Source: Parachlamydiales bacterium (lineage in GTDB: Bacteria; Chlamydiota; Chlamydiia; Chlamydiales; JABDDJ01). From it: 64,000 bases of DNA. This document shows positions 8,165 to 16,751 of the stretch, in pieces. A program made the position numbers and the translations under genes. Each line of letters opens with the position of its first letter. Position 1 is the first letter of the stretch. The notes beneath the pieces were generated by a model, which was not told the DNA's origin, did not search any database, and saw only the letters and a program-made list of their open reading frames with translations. The stretch lies in the NCBI GenBank assembly GCA_041671045.1, contig JBAZCF010000005.1, positions 67,027 through 131,026 on the forward strand, given 5' to 3'.

Positions 8165-10405
8165 TTATTTATTATTATTTAAGCGTAATTTTGAGTCGCG
8201 GAAAATAAGAGCGGAGCCGGCATCAGTAGGCCATCGCGAGTGTAGGACACCGCCTTTAGTATAGAGTTGTATAACTTTTTTGTCTTCAGAGATGAGGAAG
8301 CTGGGGAGTCTGGATAGGAGGAGGGAGTTTGAGGCATAGGGGGAGAGGGAGTCGGTATCGAAACCGAAGCTTAGTCCGGGAAGGCCGGTGCCTTCTATAG
8401 CGGCGGGCATAGCGGTGCGGAAGAGGCTGGATGCGACGTGTTGTTGGTAGAACCAGGCATATCTAAGGTTGGCGTGAGAGTCTATTTGGGCTTTAATGAG
8501 AAGAGGTAGGTCTGAGGGGGTTGCATTTTCATATTGGCTGAGATTTGAGATGACGACTTTCTCGTTGGCGAGGAGAGGGAAGGTGAGTTTATCTAGAGAG
8601 GTGGAGAGGGTGTCCATGTTAGAGATGATTTCGAAAGCCGTTTTATAGGCTTCTTCTTCGTTCTTGCCGTCGTTTATTAATTGAGTGATTAGGGCATCTT
8701 GCGCTTCGAGTAGGGCTTTGGCGAAGCCGGTTTCGTCTATGCCATTGGAGCTACTGATAGCGAGGGTTGTGGTGTCGCCTTGAAGTTTTGCGAAGAGGAG
8801 AGTGAGTTCTACTTCTGCAGTGCGGCTAAGTTTATTTGAAGAGCCGGTATGTTGATTTATCAGAGTGGAGAGGATGAGAAGAGATAGAGCTTTTTTTGGG
8901 TCTTTTTCAAGATAGGTCGCTTGATCCTGAAGCATTTTAGCAGTATGAGATAGGAGTTTAAGAGTTTGGGTGTTAAGGTCGGAGATTTCTTTTTCGAAGA
9001 AAGATATTTCTGGGGTAATTTCTTTCAGTTTAGCTTTAAGTTTTTCAGTATCGCTGGGGGAGGCAGATTTAAGGTTAGTTTGGATATCGATGCTTTGTTT
9101 TTTTAGGTCGTTAACTCTGGCTTGAGCTAGGGTGAGTTTAGTATAAGTTTCTTTTAGGTTAGTGAGGCCGGAAGTTAGCCAAACTTCGAGGGGGGATGTA
9201 TTATTTATGAAGGCAACGAGATTATTGAATTCGCTAGTAAGTTTTTTTAATTCATTAGCGCTTTCCGTGGTGGAGGGATTTTTTTTAATCTCAGCAATTT
9301 CCGTCTGAATTTCGTATGCCCTATCCGAAGCGGCTCTAATTTGGCCGCGCAGGTCTATAACAACATTATGTGTAGAAGGCATCCATGAAGTCATGGTGAC
9401 GAGTCCGGGAATGTTTTGCTCGTAGCTGTAGTTATCTTCCATACGTCCGGGCATTTGGCTGTAGCCGGCCAAACATAGATTTATGTGGGCTACACCAGAA
9501 GTTTTATCGGGATTATGGATTTGACGGTTAAGGAACTGAGCTGCTTGGTGTTGGTTATGGATGGTTTCGCTGTCGAGATATGCGGAGTCAAGTTCCAGCA
9601 TAAGAATAGTTTGTGGGGGTGCGCCGTTACGGGCTTCTTTGATTGTGGAGAGAAGTTCTTTGGCTTTATCGACAGAGTCAACAGCTCCGGAAGTTACCGT
9701 TATTTGATTTCCTTTAACTTGGTAGTGTACGTTTGCCAAGTCGTTGGATGGGCTAATAGAGGATTGTAGATTAGGGGTAACTTGGTCTTGGCGTGCGGAG
9801 AATTTAAACTTTTGTTTTTCCGGGCGTGAGGCGAGCCATACACCGGTTAGGCCTTGAGTGGGAGTGGCACGCTCGTGTGATTTGTTATTTAAGGAGCATT
9901 CTTGGATTAATTTTTTATCGCATTTTTTTGAGATAACGCTATCGACATGTGATTCTACTATGAGGGTAGCGGGGAGTTCGGTCATTTGAAATTCTTGATT
10001 GATGTGGACCATAGTAAAAGCGGCTTTGTAGTTGTCAGCTTGAGAAGCGGTCCAATTTTCGGGATTAGGAATGTGAGAGACGGAGGTGTTAGGAGTTGTT
10101 TGATTGATGATGGATTCGTAGGCGTTGGAGATGATTTGCAGATTTTCCTTATGTTGTTTCAATTTTGAACTATTTTTGGATTGCAGCTGATCTAAAGTAG
10201 ATTGAGCTGTGTGGGAAAGCAGATAAAGTTGGGTTGCAGCCCAGTCTCTTTTTTCGATTGTAGGATGGGGGGTAGTGACTAAGTCAACTATGGATTGAGT
10301 GACTTTCTCCAGTTTGCTGGGATCAATTTTTTTATTAGAGGCAATAGCATCTAATATATTTATTGAATCCTGAGCACTAAAACTGTTAACAGTTGGTTCA
10401 GTCAT
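8165..10405 (-). CDS. Hypothetical protein (746 aa). Candidate secreted/effector protein with a central coiled-coil region.
   Basis: Long ORF with the same C-rich coding-strand composition as the neighbouring core genes. No recognisable catalytic motif or signal peptide. Confidence 0.75.
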   Translation of the reverse strand: MTEPTVNSFSAQDSINILDAIASNKKIDPSKLEKVTQSIVDLVTTPHPTIEKRDWAATQLYLLSHTAQSTLDQLQSKNSSKLKQHKENLQIISNAYESIINQTTPNTSVSHIPNPENWTASQADNYKAAFTMVHINQEFQMTELPATLIVESHVDSVISKKCDKKLIQECSLNNKSHERATPTQGLTGVWLASRPEKQKFKFSARQDQVTPNLQSSISPSNDLANVHYQVKGNQITVTSGAVDSVDKAKELLSTIKEARNGAPPQTILMLELDSAYLDSETIHNQHQAAQFLNRQIHNPDKTSGVAHINLCLAGYSQMPGRMEDNYSYEQNIPGLVTMTSWMPSTHNVVIDLRGQIRAASDRAYEIQTEIAEIKKNPSTTESANELKKLTSEFNNLVAFINNTSPLEVWLTSGLTNLKETYTKLTLAQARVNDLKKQSIDIQTNLKSASPSDTEKLKAKLKEITPEISFFEKEISDLNTQTLKLLSHTAKMLQDQATYLEKDPKKALSLLILSTLINQHTGSSNKLSRTAEVELTLLFAKLQGDTTTLAISSSNGIDETGFAKALLEAQDALITQLINDGKNEEEAYKTAFEIISNMDTLSTSLDKLTFPLLANEKVVISNLSQYENATPSDLPLLIKAQIDSHANLRYAWFYQQHVASSLFRTAMPAAIEGTGLPGLSFGFDTDSLSPYASNSLLLSRLPSFLISEDKKVIQLYTKGGVLHSRWPTDAGSALIFRDSKLRLNNNK

Positions 10406-10507
10406 AGTATCTCTTTTAAATCCTCTTATTACCTTATTATATCTCTAGTTTATTAATAATTGGTAAATATATTTTATTGATTTGGTTAAATTTTTTACGA
10501 ATGGATT

Positions 10508-10536
10508 TTGACATTTTTACTCTAACGGAGTATCAA
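10508..10536 (+). promoter_or_regulatory. Candidate sigma70-type promoter for the 10568 gene (TTGACA-17 nt-TATCAA).
   Basis: TTGACA at 10508-10513, a 17-nt spacer, then TATCAA at 10531-10536, ~30 nt upstream of the ATG. Sequence match only. Confidence 0.3.
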
Positions 10537-10567
10537 GAGAATAATTCTATATCCTTGGGAGTGAAGT

Positions 10568-12130
10568 ATGAAAATTTTAGAGCAGAGCGTACCTCTTAAC
10601 AAATCAAATATTTGGAATCTTCAAACCAGTATATACTCAAAATTAGGGCTTCAGGCTTGGACTCATCGCGGAGTTCCTAGCTATATGACCAATAACCCGT
10701 ATACGGCGAAGCAATATGCCCAGTTGATCGTTAGCTACCTTCGCGACGGATTAGATCCAAATTCAAAGAAACCCATCAGTTCATCGGATCCCATTTATAT
10801 TTTCGATTTAGGGGCCGGAACGGGGCGTTTTGCTTATGTTTTTCTTAAGCAGTTCTTCAAGTTGATCAAAGGGATACAATATTTAGAAAGTTTAACAATA
10901 CGTTATGTATTGACTGACATTGTTGATAGCAATTTAGATTTTTGCGAACACCATAATTACTTGAAATCCTTTATTGAGAAAGGGATCATTGATTTTGCAC
11001 ATTTTAGTTATGATCAGAAGGAGCCCTTGCAATTAAGACTAGCCAAAACGGCCCTTGATCATACCAATGTCAAAAACCCGGTTATTCTAATCGCAAACTA
11101 CTTTTTCGATACGATTCCGCAAGACTTGATCCGTTATCATGGAGGTAATTGGGAAGAGGGACATATCACTATTAAAGGACCTGAAAGTACAAGCTCACTT
11201 GGACATCCTTTTGAGGATACGGAAATCTTAGAAAAACTCCATTTTGAATTCAGCTATCTCCCTATTAGTCCTGAGAAAAAAGCAAATTATGAAGGAATAC
11301 CTGAGGCCCATTCGTTAATAGATGAATATAGCAATAAGTTAGATGGGGTTCCATTTACAGTGCCCCAAGGAGCTTTTAAAACAATAAGGTTTTTTGAGGA
11401 GTTATCTCAAAGTCGGCTGCTTGTTATTTCCGGAGATCAGGGATATAGTTCTATTGAGCAGTTAAAAAATTCAGGCGAACCACGTTTTGCCATTCACGGT
11501 GCATTTTCAATGGCCGTCAATTATAATGCATTGGCTAGATTCTTTGATAAGAAGCAGGGGAAAGGCTTTGTTACGACCTTATCAGATCCTGTATTTCAAG
11601 TTTTTGTAGGGTTGTTGGGCGGCAATGCGAGTGATTATCCGGAACTTTCTGTTGCACATAAGGAATATCTGGAGTCTTTTGAGCCTAAAGATTACTGGAG
11701 CCTTGCTACCTTAGTGCAGTCTGAATGGACCAATCCTTCTCTAGATACACTGTTGCTTATCCTGAAGCTAGGTTCATGGGATCCGATGAACCTTTATACT
11801 TTCTACTCAATGATTAGAGAGCAGGTGCCTACAGCAACACCAAAGCAGAAAGAAGAGCTGCGTACGGCTATCCATGAGGTATGGGAGAACTTCTACCCTA
11901 TCCATGCGCTGGAAGGGGAGTTTATTATGAATCTGGGTGTGATGTTTTTCGAAATGCAATATTTTGCCGAAGCTTTAGGTTTTCTGCAGCGTTCGCTTAT
12001 GATTACGGGGGACAATGCCACGACATATACGAATATGGCAGCGTGCTATCTATCCCTTTTCAATCCAGAAGCAGCGCACAAATGCTTCGAAAAGGCCAAA
12101 GCAATGCATGACGCTGTGGGTGTAGCCTAG
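10568..12130 (+). CDS. Putative SAM-dependent methyltransferase-like protein with C-terminal TPR repeats.
   Basis: 520 aa. A glycine-rich SAM-binding-like motif IFDLGAGTGRFAYVF is present. The C-terminus (YFAEALGFLQRSL..NMAACYLSLFNPEAAHKCFEKA) looks TPR-like. Family assignment is uncertain. Confidence 0.45.
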   Translation: MKILEQSVPLNKSNIWNLQTSIYSKLGLQAWTHRGVPSYMTNNPYTAKQYAQLIVSYLRDGLDPNSKKPISSSDPIYIFDLGAGTGRFAYVFLKQFFKLIKGIQYLESLTIRYVLTDIVDSNLDFCEHHNYLKSFIEKGIIDFAHFSYDQKEPLQLRLAKTALDHTNVKNPVILIANYFFDTIPQDLIRYHGGNWEEGHITIKGPESTSSLGHPFEDTEILEKLHFEFSYLPISPEKKANYEGIPEAHSLIDEYSNKLDGVPFTVPQGAFKTIRFFEELSQSRLLVISGDQGYSSIEQLKNSGEPRFAIHGAFSMAVNYNALARFFDKKQGKGFVTTLSDPVFQVFVGLLGGNASDYPELSVAHKEYLESFEPKDYWSLATLVQSEWTNPSLDTLLLILKLGSWDPMNLYTFYSMIREQVPTATPKQKEELRTAIHEVWENFYPIHALEGEFIMNLGVMFFEMQYFAEALGFLQRSLMITGDNATTYTNMAACYLSLFNPEAAHKCFEKAKAMHDAVGVA

Positions 12131-12153
12131 CCACATTAGGAAGGAATAGTTCT

Positions 12154-12179
12154 ATGGCCCTCGATTAGGCGAGGGCCAT
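12154..12179. terminator. Hairpin between convergent genes (10-bp perfect stem, 6-nt loop). Possible bidirectional terminator without a clear U-tract.
   Basis: ATGGCCCTCG-attagg-CGAGGGCCAT, read directly. It lies between the 3' ends of the 10568..12130 (+) and 12212..12670 (-) ORFs. Confidence 0.4.
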
Positions 12180-12211
12180 GAAACGGAAGAATGTCTATCC
12201 GCTCCTTATTA

Positions 12212-12670
12212 TTATGTTTTTGAAAAGATAAGAAAAGAAAAAGCAGCAGATAAAGTACCGCCTAAATTCGTCCATTTAAATGGTAAGGTAATCAAGGTGT
12301 ATGCACCTCCGCATACGTTTACTATTGAGCTAACTACTCCTATTGGAACTTCATACTTATTTGCATAGTGGCTCCACTTTTTGAGAAGTGAGTTATCACT
12401 ATTAAAATCTTTTCCTAGTGTAAGGATACCGGCAGCGGTAAAAACGCCTAAGGCAGCGTATCCTGCGCCTCCGGAGCCTATAATTGCAAGAGCTGTACAA
12501 CCGGCCAATATTGCACTTGTGCATAAAAACACTCTATCTACAATATTTTCCAACGTTGTCTTAGTACGGCCTTTTGGAAGCACTTCGAGAGCTACAGTGG
12601 AAGAAAACGCAAGGATAAAATTTATCCCTACCTTAGGAACAATACTGGTTAGTGGGGGTGCGAAAGACAT
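12212..12670 (-). CDS. Hypothetical multi-pass membrane protein (152 aa).
   Basis: About four hydrophobic Gly/Ala-rich segments (e.g. FLCTSAILAGCTALAIIGSGGAGYAALGVFTAAGILTL). No known family recognised. Confidence 0.55.
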   Translation of the reverse strand: MSFAPPLTSIVPKVGINFILAFSSTVALEVLPKGRTKTTLENIVDRVFLCTSAILAGCTALAIIGSGGAGYAALGVFTAAGILTLGKDFNSDNSLLKKWSHYANKYEVPIGVVSSIVNVCGGAYTLITLPFKWTNLGGTLSAAFSFLIFSKT

Positions 12671-12718
12671 ATAGATCCTATTATTAATTTGGTTTGATTT
12701 ACATAAGAGAAAACTACA

Positions 12719-12762
12719 AACTATTCATCCTTGCACTCATATGAGTGCAAGGATGAATAGTT
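12719..12762. terminator. Perfect 44-bp palindrome (22-bp arms, no spacer) 25 nt downstream of the M16 peptidase stop. Probable terminator of the rng-plsE-M16 operon.
   Basis: AACTATTCATCCTTGCACTCAT|ATGAGTGCAAGGATGAATAGTT, verified base by base. On the minus strand it is followed by TTGTAGTTTTCTC. Confidence 0.55.
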
Positions 12763-12786
12763 GACTGCCTTATGGTGGGGGCAGCT

Positions 12787-15741
12787 CTAGTTATTCACGT
12801 TAGTGTTGAAGCGAAAGGTACCTTCATCGCGGAGGGCGCTTTTGCTGCGGACACGTTCGTATTGGAATGGGTTTTTGTCGTTGAAGACTCCTCGCAGGAG
12901 GATGCCTATTCTTTTCTTGTTGCTGTGTCCGAGAGATTCTTTAGCGTATTGGATGAAATCGGTGTAGTTGAGTTTGTAGAAGGCATCCACTCTTTGTTGA
13001 GGCCTTTGGAAATCACCGAAGTAGTTGAAGGCGAGTTCGTATAGCAGTTCGGTCATGCTGTCCATATCGCGTGGAGGTTGAGCCATTTGTTCGGCCAGAG
13101 CATGTTGAATGATGGAGTATTTCTCAGGGGTGATTTGTTTTGTTTCGATTTCACGAAGGTAGTCTTCGAGGAATTGTTCGAAGCGGGCTAGGAGGTCACG
13201 GCTGTCGTGGGTGTTGGATTGCACGCCGAAGTAGTCGAGAGTTTGTCCTTCCAGTTCTTCGCCGCCGCTGAAGACGAGGTAGCCGGTTTGTTGCTGTGTG
13301 CGGAGAACAGTGTAGAAGGCTTCAGAAAGGGCTTGCATCAGGATTTGCTGGGCAGCGCGGTTCTTATATGTTGCGTTACCGGCTTCTATAGCTAGTAGGG
13401 CAGCGTTACCTTGAACGGTGATATTATCTTCGATGTAGTAGGGGCCGGAGTTTTCAGGCAGGATCAGTATTTCTTTGCGGTAGTGTTGAGTGGGAGGGTA
13501 GGGGATTGTCCCTACAGCTTGTTGAAGTCTTTTTACGATCTTTTGAGCATCGGATTCGGATAGGTTGCCGTAGATGATACCTTCGATGTAGTTGGTTTGG
13601 AAAAGCCTTTGCACGAAGTCGGTATAATCTTTCAGTGTGATTTTCTTAATGGCATTTTCTTTTTCTTTAGGGGTGGAGTAGTCCTTAAAGAGGATATTGC
13701 GCAGGGCTTCAATGGATTGTTCGATGGGGGATTCGAGTCCTTTGTCGGCGTAGCTGCGTAGGAGGAGGTCACGATAGCGATTGAATTTCACTTCATCGCA
13801 GTTAGGATGAATTAAATTACCTATGATGGTGTCAAAGAACTGGGGAGCTTTGTCGCTGTAGCCGTGTACATCCAGTTTGATTCCGTTACCATTATCGGCT
13901 ACTTTTACGCTGAATTTTAGTCCTCCTAGTTTTGCATTGTATGATGCGTCATCCAGGGATTCTTGAAGGCATTTTGCGTAGAGTTCGCTAAGGGCCATAG
14001 AGCGGGAGTGTGCCGGGGAGATTTCAGGAGTGCGGATGGTCAATACAAAATCGATGAGAGGAACGCCATAGAGGTTATCTTGAGCGTAATATACTTTGCC
14101 GAATTCATTATCCAAGATAGGTTTTGGGGTAGGTACACCTCTATTTTGGAGGAAGAAACCGGTAGAAATCGGATTTTCTGCAGAGTGGAGGACAAGTAGG
14201 TTGGTAGGGAGATAAGGGTTGGGATCGGGAAGGGTGATGGCTTGATGGGGAGTTGCTTGTACCCATTTAGCAAATTGATTTCTGGTGATAGGTTTAAGGG
14301 CAAAATGTACACCGAGCCAAGGTTCTTTTTCTGTCAGTTTTACGCGTGTTTCGGAATAGGGAGCGATGAGGATGACTTGGCTTTTTTGCGGTGTAAGAAG
14401 TTGTAAGAGGGCGTTTGTAGCGAGGGGGTCGTATTTGATTAACAGTTCAGAGCGTTCAGGATAGGTTTCTAGATCTTCAGCCGCGATGCGGAGTGAATGG
14501 TAAGTTGCTTCCTTGTAGGCGGCGCGTTGGGATTGGAATTGGTAGTCGAGAAGTTCTTGTTTTTGAGCTTCATCAAAGATGGATTGCGGGACGCCGGATT
14601 TTTGCAGGAGGGCGATAGTTTGGAAAAGTCTTTCGATGACGATTCCATATTTTTTCAGTCCTTCTTCAGTAAGCTCAATTTCTACATAAAGGAATTGGGT
14701 ATCTCTGGATTCAGGAAGGGAGCCGCAGGATAGGCCTGTCGCTAGGTTTTCCCTTTTAAGTTCTGCTAGCAGGCTTGTTTTTCCTTCATGACCGAGGATA
14801 TGGCAGACGAGTTTTTCGGGATGGGATTCGTTCATATGGGCGAATTTTGCAGGCAGTTCCCAACGGACATAGAGTTTCCGTTCATGTTGGAAGGGTTCGA
14901 TATAGATGACCTGGCCGTAGGCGCTATCGGCGGACATTGGTCCGGGGATATTCATGGGAGGTCTATTGTTATTGGGGATATCTTTGAAGTTATCTATCAC
15001 CATTTCTTTTATGTCGTCGAGGGGAAGGGAGGAGTAGACGACTAATTTCATGATATTCGCGCTATAGTACTTTGAGAACCAGTCCTTAAGATCTGCCGGG
15101 GTTGTATTGGCCAAGGATAGGCTATTGCCCATATTGAAGCGGCTTTGGGGATGTTCTTTCCTTGTCAGGGTTTTAATGACGTGGTCGATGCGGAAGGCGT
15201 CATTTTCGATATTTTTGGCGTATTCTTGGTCGATGGCGTTAAGTTCGCGTTTGACACCGGACGGATTGAAAAGAGGTTCTTTAAAGAAATAGGCGAAGCG
15301 GTGAAGGGCGCCGTCTAGAGCGTCGTTGTTGACGCTGAATAGGTAGGCTGTTTGGTCATTCATGGTGAAGGCGTTATTTTGGCCGCCGTGCTGTGTGATG
15401 TATTGGTGGTATTCGGCTTCATCGGGGTAGGCGGAGGTGCCTAGGAAAAGCATATGTTCAAGAAAGTGGGCGAGGCCGGGATGTTCATTAGGTTCTTCCC
15501 AGCTTCCCGTTTCTACGACCATAGCGGCGGAGGATTGTTCGGCCCTGGGGTCAGAAATAAGGAGGACTTGTAAACCGTTATTGAGTTGGAGTTTTAGGGA
15601 TTTGCGGTCTTTAAGCGCGGGGGAGAGTATGGGAACGTTCGCTTTTTCTTGGATGACATTGTATGAAGTGGATAATTCTGCTTTAAGGTTAGGTGTGCAG
15701 AGAAGAGAGAGAAAAAAAAACAGTTTTAGCAGATGTTTCAT
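12787..15741 (-). CDS. Secreted M16 (insulinase/pitrilysin family) zinc metalloprotease.
   Basis: 984 aa with an N-terminal signal peptide (MKHLLKLFFFLSLLCTPNLKA). The inverted zinc motif HxxEH is present in GLAHFLEHMLFLGT. Length is typical of the pitrilysin/IDE type. Confidence 0.9.
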   Translation of the reverse strand: MKHLLKLFFFLSLLCTPNLKAELSTSYNVIQEKANVPILSPALKDRKSLKLQLNNGLQVLLISDPRAEQSSAAMVVETGSWEEPNEHPGLAHFLEHMLFLGTSAYPDEAEYHQYITQHGGQNNAFTMNDQTAYLFSVNNDALDGALHRFAYFFKEPLFNPSGVKRELNAIDQEYAKNIENDAFRIDHVIKTLTRKEHPQSRFNMGNSLSLANTTPADLKDWFSKYYSANIMKLVVYSSLPLDDIKEMVIDNFKDIPNNNRPPMNIPGPMSADSAYGQVIYIEPFQHERKLYVRWELPAKFAHMNESHPEKLVCHILGHEGKTSLLAELKRENLATGLSCGSLPESRDTQFLYVEIELTEEGLKKYGIVIERLFQTIALLQKSGVPQSIFDEAQKQELLDYQFQSQRAAYKEATYHSLRIAAEDLETYPERSELLIKYDPLATNALLQLLTPQKSQVILIAPYSETRVKLTEKEPWLGVHFALKPITRNQFAKWVQATPHQAITLPDPNPYLPTNLLVLHSAENPISTGFFLQNRGVPTPKPILDNEFGKVYYAQDNLYGVPLIDFVLTIRTPEISPAHSRSMALSELYAKCLQESLDDASYNAKLGGLKFSVKVADNGNGIKLDVHGYSDKAPQFFDTIIGNLIHPNCDEVKFNRYRDLLLRSYADKGLESPIEQSIEALRNILFKDYSTPKEKENAIKKITLKDYTDFVQRLFQTNYIEGIIYGNLSESDAQKIVKRLQQAVGTIPYPPTQHYRKEILILPENSGPYYIEDNITVQGNAALLAIEAGNATYKNRAAQQILMQALSEAFYTVLRTQQQTGYLVFSGGEELEGQTLDYFGVQSNTHDSRDLLARFEQFLEDYLREIETKQITPEKYSIIQHALAEQMAQPPRDMDSMTELLYELAFNYFGDFQRPQQRVDAFYKLNYTDFIQYAKESLGHSNKKRIGILLRGVFNDKNPFQYERVRSKSALRDEGTFRFNTNVNN

Positions 15742-16751
15742 CGGTAGACCTTTCTATAAAGATTTTTAACTTCATCCATAATATAAGCGGTTCTTTTTTC
15801 GCGTTGTTCTCTGTGGTCGCCGCTATTGAATTTTTCGTAGAGGGGGGGGATGGGTATTTCAGCACCGATGTAAATGTGTGCGGGGTGAAATTTAGCGTAG
15901 CGTGGTTCGCCTAGTTCTTTCAGAATTTTTTGAGGCGGGGGCAGAAGTTCGAAAGTAGCCAGGGCCATAGGGAAAATGTGGGTGGGCTTTTTTGCTAGTC
16001 GTGCTAGAAGCAGGAACATTTCCACAGCTGCCGGATCGAAGGGGGCCACGTCGACATGGCCATTTTCATCGGATCTATCTCTGCCGCCACTGGGGGCAAC
16101 ATAGATACTTTTGCCGCCTTCGTCGAGGAGTCTTTGAAGCGCTTTCATTGAGCGTTGGTTGTGGCTCTGTTTGTCCGCTTTTTTTTCTGGAGGCGTATCA
16201 ATATGTCGTTTGGACCAGATAGTTAGGAGGTTGCATCCTAAGCTGAAGGGGATGGCCATAGGATCGGTTGTTACGCGGTGGCCTGCGACGTAGATGAGTT
16301 CTTGTGAGAGTTTGGGATGTTTTTCTTCTAGAAGGATATTGATGAAGGTGGCATCCGGTTCCGTTTGGTGGTTGGCGAAGAAGATGACATTTTCGCCCTT
16401 TTGGAGAAGATCTTCTACCTCATTGAGAGGGGTGTCGCTTTGCACTGTGGAGTGTTTCATGTCGATGAGGGGGCGCATGAAGTCCATACTGAATTTATAG
16501 TAGTCGTAGGGTTCCCTTACGGCTTGGTGGACAGTAGGGAAGGAGTGGGGGTTAGAGGCCTGTTCGCTGACCATATCCAGATAGAGATGGAGGAGTTCAT
16601 CATGGCTTTGGGAAGTATTATGGCTATTTTTATGTACAGTTGTATAGGAGAGGGAAAAAGCTTGCAGCATCTCAAATAGCGGCAAAGATATTTTGCCGCT
16701 ATCGAGATAAGCTTTGAGAGTGGTTTGAAAATCTCTTTTGACCACTATCAA
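15738..16751 (-). CDS. plsE: Glycerol-3-phosphate acyltransferase, plant plastid (ATS1)-like soluble type.
   Basis: 337 aa. The acyltransferase H(X)4D block appears in the plant-GPAT context FFANHQTEPDATFI. TTG start. It has 4-nt overlaps with both flanking genes. Confidence 0.75.
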   Translation of the reverse strand: MIVVKRDFQTTLKAYLDSGKISLPLFEMLQAFSLSYTTVHKNSHNTSQSHDELLHLYLDMVSEQASNPHSFPTVHQAVREPYDYYKFSMDFMRPLIDMKHSTVQSDTPLNEVEDLLQKGENVIFFANHQTEPDATFINILLEEKHPKLSQELIYVAGHRVTTDPMAIPFSLGCNLLTIWSKRHIDTPPEKKADKQSHNQRSMKALQRLLDEGGKSIYVAPSGGRDRSDENGHVDVAPFDPAAVEMFLLLARLAKKPTHIFPMALATFELLPPPQKILKELGEPRYAKFHPAHIYIGAEIPIPPLYEKFNSGDHREQREKRTAYIMDEVKNLYRKVYR

